Shown: in pieces, positions 53,815 through 64,000 of the stretch
Numbering within the stretch: position 1 is the first letter of the stretch
How the letters are laid out: each line of letters begins with the position of its first letter
Assembly (NCBI RefSeq): GCF_022045235.1
Contig: NW_027266285.1
Coordinates: 868,001-932,000 of the forward strand
From: Haliotis cracherodii
Taxonomy: Eukaryota
Reading direction: 5' to 3'
Length of the DNA: 64,000 bases
The notes under the pieces: model-generated
Databases searched by the model: none
What the model was told of the DNA's origin: nothing
The model's input: the letters and a program-made list of their open reading frames with translations, nothing else
Made by a program: the position numbers and the translations under genes

Positions 53815-55735
53815 AAGACTGCAGTCTGTCTCTTTTGAGGCTGCTGAAGTGTGTTGTGAGGCTGCAGTCTGTCACCTATAGTCTGTTCTAAGGCTGCAGT
53901 CTCTCTGCTATAGTCTGTTGTAAGGCTGCAGTCTGTCTGCTACAGTCTGTTGTGAGGCTGCAGTCTCTCTGTTGAAGTGAGTTGTGAGGCTGCAGTCTCT
54001 CTGCTATTGTCTGTTGTGAGGCTGCAGTCTGTCTGCTATATTCTGTTGTAAGGCTGCAGTCGTCTGCTACAGTCTGTTGTGAGGCTGCAGTCTCTCTGCT
54101 ATAGTCTGTTGTAAGGCTGCAGTCTGTCTGCTACAGTCTGTTGTGAGGCTGCAGTCTCCCTGTTGAAGTGAGTTGTGAGGCTGCAGTCTCTCTGCTACAG
54201 TCTGTTGTGAGGCTGCAGTCTCTCTGTTGAAGTGAGTTGTGAGGCTGCAGTCTCTCTGCTATAGTCTGTTGTAAGGCTGAAGTCTCTCTGCTATAGTCTG
54301 TTGTAAGGCTGCAGTCTCTCTGCTACAGTCTGTTGTAAGGCTGCAGTCTCTCTGTTGAAGTGAGTTGTGAGGCTGCAGTCTCTCTACTATGGTCTGTTGT
54401 GAGGCTGCAGTCTCCCTGCTCTAGTCTGTTGTGAGGCAGCAGTCTCTCTGCTATAGTCTGTTGTGAGGCTGCAGTCGTCTGCTATAGTCTGTTGTAAGGC
54501 TGCAGTCTGTCTGCTATAGTCTGTTGTGAGGCTGCAGGCTCTCTGCAATAGTCTGTTGTAGGGCTGCAGTCTCTCTGCTACAGTCTGTTGTGAGGCTGCA
54601 GTCTCTCTGCTACAGTCTGTTGTGAGGCTGCAGTCTCTCTGCTATAGTCTGTTGTAAGGCTGCAGTCTCTCTGTTGAAGTGAGTTGTGAGGCTGCAGTCT
54701 CTCTGCTATAGTCTGTTCTAAGGCTGCAGTCTGTCTGCTATAGTCTGTTGGGAGGCTGCAGTCTCTCTGCTATAGTCTGTTGTAAGGCTGCAGTCTCTCT
54801 GCTGTAGTCTGTGGTAAGGCTGCAGTCTGGCTGCTATATTCTGTTGTAAGGCTGTAGTCTCGCTGCTATAGTCTGTTGTAAGGCTGCAGTCTGTCTGCTA
54901 TACTCTGTTGTGAGGCTGCAGTCTCTCTACTATAGTCTGTTGTAGGGCTGCAGTCTCTCTGCTATAGTCTGTTGTGAGGCTGCTGTCTGTCTGCTATAGT
55001 CTGTTGTGAGGCTGCAGGCTCTCTACTATAGTCTGTTGTGAGGCTGCAGTCTCTCTACTATAGTCTGTTGTGAGGCTGCAGTCTCTCTGCTATTGTCTGT
55101 TGTGAGGCTGCAGTCTGTCTGCTATAGTCTGTTGTAGGGCTGCAGTCTTTCTGCTATAGTCTGTTGTGAGGCTGCAGTCTTCCTGTTGTGAGGCTGCAGT
55201 CTGTCTCCTATAGTCTGTTCTAAGGCTGCAGTCTCTCTGCTATAGTCTGTTTTGAGGCTGCAGTCTCTCTGCTATAGTCTGTTGTGAGGCTGCAGTCTCT
55301 CTGCTATAGTCTGTTGTGAGGCTGCAGTCTCTCTGCTATAGTCTGTTGTGAGGCTGCAGTCTCTCTGCTATAGCCTGTTGTGAGGCTGCAGTCTTCCTGT
55401 TGTGAGGCTGCAGTCTTTCTGCTATAGTCTGTTGTGAGGCTGCAGTCTGACTGTTGTGAGGCTGCAGTCTTTCAGCTGTAGTCTGTTGTAAGGTTGCAGT
55501 CTGCCTGTTGTGAGTCTGCAGTCTTTCTGCTATAGTCTGTTGTGAGGCTGCAGTCTGCCTGTTGTGAGGCTGCAGTCTTTCTGCTATAGTCTGTTGTGAG
55601 GCTGCTGTCTGCCTGTTGTGAGGCTGCAGACTCTCTGCTATAGTCTCTTTTGAGGCTGCAGTATGTCTGCTGAAGTGTGTTGTGAGGCTGCAGTCTCTCT
55701 GCTCCAGTCTGTTGTAAGGCTGCAGTCTATAGCCT
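53815..55735. repeat. 32-bp minisatellite (22-bp variants distally), about 60 copies
   Basis: ctgcagtctctctgctatagtctgttgtgagg. Confidence 0.95.
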
Positions 55736-55839
55736 GTTGTCATACCCAGGTTACACATCAGACTCGAGTAGCTCAGGAACTAACTTAATGTTAAACCCAT
55801 CTCCCTCACTCATGTCTTAATACCACTAGTTTTCATGGT

Positions 55840-56652
55840 CCTAGCCAGCAGGAGTAAATACATTGTAGAACTCTGGTTTACATAGTCCTAGCCAGCAGGA
55901 GTAAATACATTGTAGAACTCTGGTTTACGTCGTCCTAGCCAGAAGGAGTAAATACATTGTAGAACTCTGGTTTACGTAGTCCTAGCCAGCAGGAGTAAAT
56001 ACATTGTAGAACTCTGGTTTACGTAGTCCTAGCCAGCAGGAGTAAATACATTGTAGAACTCTGGTTTACGTAGTCCTAGCCAGCAGGAGTAAATACATTG
56101 TAGAACTCTGGTTTATGTGGTCCTAGCCAGCAGGAGTAAATACATTGTAGAACTCTGGTTTACGTAGTCCTAGCCAGCAGGAGTAAATACATTGTAGAAC
56201 TCTGGTTTACGTAGTCCAAGCCAGCAGGAGTAAATACATTGTAGAACTCTGGTTTACGTAGTCCTAGCCAGCAGGAGTAAATACATTGTAGAACTCTGGT
56301 TTACGTAGTCCTAGCCAGCAGGAGTAAATACATTGTAGAACTCTGGTTTACGTAGTCCAAGCCAGCAGGAGTAAATACATTGTAGAACTCTGGTTTACGT
56401 AGTCCTAACCAGCAGGAGTAAATACATTGTAGAACTCTGGTTTACGTAGTCCTAGCCAGCAGGAGTAAATACATTGTAGAACTCTGGTTTACGTAGTCCT
56501 AGCCAGCAGGAGTAAATACATTGTAGAACTCTGGTTTATGTGGTCCTAGCCAGCAGGAGTAATTACATTGTAGAACTCTGGTTTATGTGGTCCTAGCCAG
56601 CAGGAGTAAATACATTGTAGAACTCTGGTTTATGTGGTCCTAGCCAGCAGGA
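55840..56652. repeat. 47-bp minisatellite, about 17 near-identical copies
   Basis: cctagccagcaggagtaaatacattgtagaactctggtttacgtagt. Confidence 0.97.
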
Positions 56653-57251
56653 ATGAATATCAAGAGATCTGAGTATATTAAAGGTGCAGAATTTTGAAAA
56701 GATCTGTTAGAAAGAAAGCAGTTTCAACTCATGTAGGTATTGAGGGCAGACTTTGGGGTTGGGGCTTAGATGTATGGAACAAACCTTAAATTTTAATTTC
56801 AGGCTTCAGGATCAGTGTGATCAATTATTACAAGATTAAACATTTTTATTGAGCATGCAGATGAAAATTCTATTGTTTATTAAAGCCACCCCAAAGATCC
56901 GTCCTTTTTCGTAACCTCTGAATCTTTATTGCCATATCTCATGTATATATACCTAGTTATGTATGCAGAAAAGTATCATGTATTGAGAAAAATCAATAGA
57001 CTCATGAGAAGAAAGGTGCATATTAATGTTGAATGTGATGTATCATATTTGTTTCTTAGTGGGATATAGTAGGATATGGAACTAATGATTATCATGGCCT
57101 TCTTTGTTATATCTTTATCTTTAGAGTGACCTTAGCATAAAGCAACTAAAGATTTCCTTCAGTGCTTGCCACAGCTGGATGAATGTTGCAGAAATGAACA
57201 ATAAATTCAGCTCTCTTCTTGCACAGTATAAACAGACCTGATTCTGTTAAT

Positions 57252-57307
57252 CAAGGGTGTAAACTTGACTTTTATGGTCAGTTAACTTCCTTTACCTCGG
57301 GAAGATG
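57252..57307. mobile_element. Solo diverged copy of the MITE terminus seen at 5652-5703
   Basis: caagggtgtaaacttgacttttatggtcagttaacttcctttacctcgggaagatg. Confidence 0.75.
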
Positions 57308-58734
57308 TGAGCAAGGCAGTGTTGGTGTAAATAAGTGTGACTGTTACGCAAGGACATCCACTGAGATATCACACAGGCAGTCTGCTTTCCTCATCTATGA
57401 AGCAGCTTCACTCATTTTATCATTTCCATTAGATAAACTGATATGTTCTGACACTGGTGAGAAAAATAGTTTACTTTCTTAAGGGATTGGGAATTTGTCC
57501 TCCTTCAGTTTGTAATTGTATTTTCCAAGGCCTTAATATCTGCAAGATACATATTCATCCTGATCATTTCAGATAGCAGAGGGAATATCGAGCCATTGGC
57601 CAGAATTACGCAATTCTAGGGAGATACTTTCCTGTCTGTGCTGTCATGTTATTTATGTATACAGAGCTGGTTAAGGATGAGATGGGGAATTGCGGAGGCA
57701 GCATTGAGGGACATAGTTTTGAAACATTTCCAATGAAACATTTTATCTGGGATTGATGCTGTCAAAAGAAGCTAATGTTCATTATTAGTGTTAGAATTAG
57801 TTGTGTTTTAGTGAATTTGAACAAATCACAGATTTGACTGTCCCGAGATCTTCAATCTAGGGAACTGGGTTTGTATTTTCAGAATAATGTAACACATAGA
57901 AGAGAATGCATTGTAATCAAAACAAAATTGTGTAATTTCTGCCAAGTCAGTATTCATTCATATCTTTTCACTAATTTGGGTATTGATATAAATTATGTGG
58001 TTGTTTATTTAAGACTTTGGGCCAAAAGGCAAGAGCGTTATGATGACATTGTAGATGTGTTGGGGCTGAAAACGAAAAATATTTCAATCAAGTACATAAA
58101 GCCACACATTTTTTATTTGCCTTTCATGGTCCTGCCTCTCCAAAATGAATAAATATTTGACATTTATTTTTATATTTATTTCAACCAACCTTGTGTGAAA
58201 AAACTGTTATTAAGTCTGTGAAACATAAAATTAAAAGTGTGGCCTAACATGGGTCTTTGAATTCATATTAAGCATTTGGGGCAGGTTCATACAACAATTT
58301 GCTTGGCCATATCTGCTCTTGAAACGAGCAGCTTTGTAATATTCTACAAAATATTGCACTTGTTACATGTTTGAATACTGTTTGAGTTAACAAAAGGTTT
58401 AGATGTGATTTTTTTTAACACATAAAAACATCTTATACTTGGAAAGTGCCTGAACACCTTTAATGTAAATGCTATGTTTGAAAAATTTAAGCATATAATT
58501 TTGTAATGTTTGAATTTGTTGAATTAAAGAAACTGGCTGGGGGTCTTCAGATGAATGTGTCTGTAAAACTGCAAAAAGTAGCTTAAATATCTACTGTTTT
58601 ATTCTCTCATATGGATGATCTCTGTCTCCTACTGAAGTCTTGTGGTATATCTATATTACTGCGTGTGTAAAGTGCCACATATTCCTGTAATGTGATGGCT
58701 TACAGTAGGCCAAGCACAGAGGCATTGTCTGTGT

Positions 58735-59125
58735 GACAATAGGTTGCTCCAGGTTGGGAGGGATGTGATAACAGATTGACTTTGTGATGATAGGTTGCTC
58801 CATGTTGGGTGGGACGTGATAACTGATTGACTTTGTGATGATAGGTTGTTCCAGGTTGGGAGGGATGTGATAACTGATTGACTTTGTGATGATAGGTTGC
58901 TCCAGGTTGGGAGGGATGTGATAACTGATTGACTTTGTGATGATAGGTTGTTCCAGGTTGGGAGGGATGTGATATCTGATTGACTTTGTGATGATAGGTT
59001 GTTCCAGGTTCGGAGGGATGTGATAACTGATTGACTTTGTGATGATAGGTTGTTCCAGGTTGGGAGAGATGTGATAACAGATTGTCTTTGTGATGATAGG
59101 TTGTTCCAGGTTGGGAGGGATGTGA
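58735..59125. repeat. 51-bp minisatellite x7.5
   Basis: gataggttgttccaggttgggagggatgtgataactgattgactttgtgat. Confidence 0.93.
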
Positions 59126-59199
59126 AGACAGAGGTCTAGGCATTTGTGGGTTGTTTTTGGATGGGTGATATGATGACAGGGTGTTACTGAGGGGTGGGA

Positions 59200-60100
59200 T
59201 ATCATGTCATCAGTATCTCATACATGTACTTGTTTTAAGAGTTGTCTAATATTGGGACCAGGTAGTGAGGCTCTTGGGTGATTCTGTGTTGGACACAGGC
59301 TTTCCTGGTGCAAACTCTGATGTCATTGGAATATTGCTGCTTGAACAACATCAACATGCTCTGTGTAGGTTTTGATAATAATCTGATGTAATGTATGTAC
59401 TTTCTACCAATGTAGTTCATATTTTGTCAGCAGGACCCATTTGCACATTTGGAGATACTTTGAAAACTTGTTAATTAATCAGGATCATTGAAAATGTAAG
59501 AAGTTGTTCATATTTCTAAATGAAAGACTGTTGATATTAGACAATAGTGTCAAAAGAGCTTCTTTCAAAACTGTAAAGCTCCAATCCACTGAGTTAATGA
59601 AAGGTTAATATAAATTGATAAAGCTATTCACATATGCTTACTCTCCTGTGATAACACTGATGATGAACCTCTAGCTTGTCATATGTTTGTCCACCATTGT
59701 GGACACATAAATTTGCCCAATAGTTTGATATATTTTTTCTTTATGGCCTCCATACCAGATGCATATTTCAATACCATGCAATCTTTAGTCTGACAATTTT
59801 TCAGATTTTAAGTTGCACTTTAAGTCTTCCATTACTTCACATGGACTGGCGGTTTACATTGATGTCATGCTGTCCTGTCCTATTAAGTAGACCACCTTGT
59901 ACTATAAACTTGATGAAACCATTTTTACTTCTCAAACAGACACTTTTCCTATTTATAGCTGAAAATATGACTGTATACAACCCTTTGCCAACAGACTTTG
60001 AACATAATCTACAGATATGCTGATAATGTTCATTGTTTCTGTGGGCAGAGAAGTGAAATATTGTGAATCTTTGCATACGTTTGGCTGGTTATAGGCGTCA
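59200..60100 (-). mobile_element. Ancient L1/Tx1-like RT remnant
   Basis: Degraded minus-strand similarity to RT N-terminal motifs; by eye only. Confidence 0.35.
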
Positions 60101-62869
60101 AACTATTTCTGAAGTCTGCTTCTGCATAATCGAAAAGTAAAACGTAATGTATAACATTGATAGGATGTTGTCTAGATAAATAATAAGGACTAATTCAAGT
60201 CTCAAGAGAATGAGATGTGGATGGAAATTTACAATTAATTACAGTCCAAGAAGCACAGGGATATGTGAAGGAAGCAGGGAGAGTCCGATGGGACAGCATT
60301 AAGCACAGCAATTGACCATGCAATGAAATGAAGCAGCAGACTGATGAGTGGGCAGATGTTAGTTTGATCGGCTCCGATACATGCATCTCTGGCTTGGTCT
60401 GTCTTGTGCATGAACCAGGGGGCTTATCTTGACTCCATGCATGCAGTCTCGTTTAGATGAATCCAAACAAGTTTATTATGCAGACAGTATCATGGGAATA
60501 GCATGTGCTGTGATAGTTTATACCTAATTTGAGCCCCTTTGTCATCAGGCATGTTGCAGAAGTTGGGATCTGTATTGTCTGTTCAGCCACGTGTGTTGAT
60601 TGTTGTTATTTTTATCGAAAAATAAGTAGATTGTTAAATGTGATTTGTGCATGATATTTGAAAGCTGATAGCCATTTACAAGTAACAACTCTTTTAATTA
60701 ATATTTAACATGTGAAATACATTTTTGTGTAAGGATGATAATTTGGGCATTGGAATAAATAAATATTATTGACACATGCACATGTTTTTAAACAATTTCT
60801 TGGGTTGTTCAATTTTCCAAATCACATGTTCTTCAACACACTAGTAGATAGATTGGCATTCAGACATAGTTTCTAAAAAAAGTATAAGAGTATTATAGAA
60901 TTGGGCACAACATTTATATGACTGATGGTGGTTGACTTGAGACTGCTTCCTGACAACTGATACGAAGCCTACAGTATGCCTCGAAAGCAGCTACTGACAT
61001 GCCCTGGCCAATTGTCTGTCAGTGCCAGGAAAGCACAATTGATTGCTTGATATCACATAACAAGCTTAACCCTTTATAGACCTACTACTTGGAAGCACAC
61101 CATCATCCCAGTGACCATATAGAATATACCATCATAATGAACACTATGCTTTAATTTGTTTGTGGTTTGTCAAGTCACGGGTGTCAAATATTTGTTTTAA
61201 GGTATCCTTTCACCAGTTGAAATTCATAGGGAAGCACCACTCACGAAAGTGTCAACCTTTCCAGGACACATGATGAGATGAATATTTCAGTCAACAAGAA
61301 AAGCTAAAAGTTCTCTTCTGTATTAGGATTTTAGTCTGAAAATCATAGGGTCATTGAGGTAAACTGAAAGGACTAATGACATGTGTTTTTAACAAATTTT
61401 ATAATTTTATCACAGTGCACAACAAATTGGGATATTTTATCATTGAAGTTAAAATATCGGAATTCAAAACATGATGAAATATTTGAAGCAGATTACATTT
61501 TATTTCAGGATGTGCGTAGTTGATTTTTGTTCAATTCAAATTTATTGAAATCTTGACATGGGGTCTAAGCTTGATGTCACTGAATGATGAGTTCTTCCTG
61601 TCACACTCATTCCCATGATAAGCAGGTTGCTTTGACAGATTTGGGGTATTGGTAGTGCGACAACCAGCGTTAGCTATTCTACTGTTGTAATTGTTTTATC
61701 ATGGAGAAGTATTAATTATTTTGACATAAAATAGTATTTTCTTTCTGCAGTGTTCTTGAAATGATATCTGCAGGACAATTTGCAACTGGCGATTATGTCC
61801 TGACAGTTAGTCAATAGAAACATAATGTGCAGTAATCAAATATTATCCCAAATACCCTGTTAATGTTATAAGAATTGAATTCAAAGCCTTCTCAGTAATT
61901 CAATTACGCGTATTGATAAATGAGTGTTTGGCTTTGTCAATGAAACTGTCAACAAAACCAACTTCATGAGTTTTCATTAATCTTATTACATTAATTGATG
62001 ACCGGCTGTTATTTGGCTGGTGATTTTCATTTTCAAGTTTTGTTTGATTTCAGTGAACAAGTAAATATGAGAAATAATGGAAATCATTAATAAGGTAATT
62101 TTGCTCATGCATTAACAGTGGACATAGCTGAGAGTGAATGTTATGGACTGTCCGTTCACAGCTGTTGTCATTGATTCAGGTGAAAACAATGTATGCTTGT
62201 CCAGAATTAAATTAACTTAATGTCCACATGGCATTTTTGCACACTTTTAGTTCACCAACCTTCTGGCTGAATTGTGATGTTTTTGTCCCAGGAAATATTG
62301 ATATTTTGTTTCTTTCTTCACAGATATTGATTTTTGCATTGTATTTGTATCTTTTTAGAATCCTTGTATAAAGGGAACATTTCATCTTTAATGAACTGAC
62401 ACCAATTGTACAATTATAGCTAAAATAGTTTTTGGTGTTGACAACAAAGTAAAGGTGTGGTCATCCTACACTTTCAGTGCCCAGATTCATTAACAATAGA
62501 CACCAAGTGGTTATTTCCTTGTAACTGTATAATAATGATTCTAAATGGTAGTTTGTTGTGACCACAAAGTAATATTTCCTTGAAAGGATGAGCAGAGTAT
62601 GACAATATGCTATTTTCCTGTTTTGAAGAGTTGAGGCTTGAAGAAACAAGACCTTTCAAAGAAATGAGAAAAAAAACCAACAGTTAAGTTTCACATATCA
62701 TGACTGTAAATGAGGCTGTGGTGAAACTTATTGTGATTCATGTTCTAGAACAAATCTTGTAGCCCGAAAATAACATAATCAGCACAACTTCCCGAATGGT
62801 AAAACCTCACTCAATAACACTATGAACACTGTTTTCAAGATTGTTCCATCTACAACACAGATGTACATG

Positions 62870-63056
62870 GCCCTAGTTACCTCCCCTATAACACAATAAA
62901 CACACCTCCAATGATGGAGAAGATTCCTCACTATAACATTATAAAGACACCTCTTATGATGGGGAAGATTCCTCATAATAACACGATAAACACACCTCCT
63001 ATGATGGAGAAAAATTCTCAATATAACACTATAAACACACCTCCAAAGGTGGAGAA
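62870..63056. repeat. 45-bp tandem repeat x4
   Basis: aaacacacctcc..tgatggagaag units at 62898, 62943, 62988, 63033. Confidence 0.85.
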
Positions 63057-63321
63057 GTAACTCGACATTCCCTTTGTCAACTAAACGCTCTGAGAAGGTA
63101 TTTATGTTGATAGTTTATCATTAAATATTGACAGAAATCATTACTTTGTGAGGATAGGGAAGATTAATTGGGACTTTGTTTCAAACAATATTAACAATGT
63201 GAGAAGCCCATTTCTGGAATATGGCTAGAAGCGGCATAAAAGCTCTCACTCACTCATGCACACACTCAAGCAACGTTGAAATGCAGTTTAATACACCCTT
63301 GTGTTAAATTATTACTGAGAG

Positions 63322-63597
63322 CGGGGCACTGGTGGCCCAGTCATCCAAGGCACCACAGTTTGCTGTGCTGAGTTGCGTCCCATGGATATACCAGAAACCT
63401 ATCATTGTGGGTTTGAATCCTAGTTCCCCTATTTATGTGTCCAAGTTTGTCAGCACCATGCCCATGTTTGTGGGTTCCATCTAAGTGGTAAATGTCCTGC
63501 ATCACTTCGGGCTTTCTACCCACATTAAGCTGACACACTGTGATATAACTGGAATACTGTTCACAGCCTTGTTACACCCAATTCACTCGCTCACTAC
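63322..63597 (+). mobile_element. SINE family D (tRNA-like head, V-domain-like core, (actc) tail), 9-bp TSD
   Basis: tactgagag at 63313-63321 and 63598-63606; A-box-like tggcccagtc, B-box-like ggtttgaatcc; relatives at ~37440-37670 and 43661-43762. Confidence 0.7.
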
Positions 63598-63628
63598 TAC
63601 TGAGAGGCTTTAAAAAAAAGTGTTCATG

Positions 63629-64000
63629 TAGTTGTAGCCGGGCATGGTAAAGGAGTGTCCAGCTAGTTGTAGCCGGGCATGGTAATGGATCATCCAGCTA
63701 GTTGTAGCCGGGCTTGGTAATGGATCATCCAGCTAGTTGTAGCCGGGCATGGTAATGGATCATCCAGCTAGTTGTAGCCGGGCGTGGTAATGGAGCATCT
63801 AGCTAGTTGTAGCCGGGCGTGGTAATGGATCATCCAGCTAGTTGTAGCCAGGCGTGGTAATGGAGCATCCAGCTAGTTGTAGCCGGGCGTGGTAATGGAT
63901 CATCCAGCTAGTTGCAGCCGGGTGTGGTAATGGAGAGTCCAGCTAGTTGTAGCTGGGCGGGGTAATGGAGTGTCCAGCTAGTTGTAGCTGGGTGTGGTAA
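63629..64000. repeat. 35-bp minisatellite running off the window end
   Basis: tagttgtagccgggc(a/g)tggtaatggatcatccagc. Confidence 0.95.

Noticed and set aside
55336-59205. Repetitive ORFs at 55336..55758, 58651..59205 and 58700..59143
   Set aside because: Translations of minisatellites with no gene context
62870-63056. Regularly spaced partly palindromic 45-bp units as a CRISPR array
   Set aside because: The whole unit repeats with no unique spacers; no cas genes; eukaryotic context

Overview
Eukaryotic, AT-rich, repeat-dense DNA. It is probably a mollusc (gastropod/abalone-like), which is an inference from the style of the SINE families. No prokaryotic operon, rRNA or CRISPR is visible. 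Most ORF-track entries are spurious or come from repeats. The window is mainly transposon debris: three Tc1 (DD34E-type) copies; a nested stack at 15.9-26.4 kb (MULE/FLYWCH remnant, a young RNase H-bearing LINE with a 13-bp TSD, a Gypsy pol remnant, a Penelope-type inverted repeat with a hammerhead-like core, and a DIRS1-like element with ITRs and ICR); MITEs; at least four SINE families that share 3' modules; old L1/Tx1-like and Penelope RT fragments; and about 12 tandem arrays. A probable + strand host gene is suggested only by a promoter/first-exon-like site at ~9.9 kb and a clean 180-nt exon at 50.7 kb. The best leads are RNA-structure signals inside mobile elements: a recurrent non-tRNA SINE head that can fold into a pseudoknotted three-way junction (candidate ribozyme or structured RNA), and a U3-A8 variant minimal hammerhead. 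All folds and alignments were done by eye.
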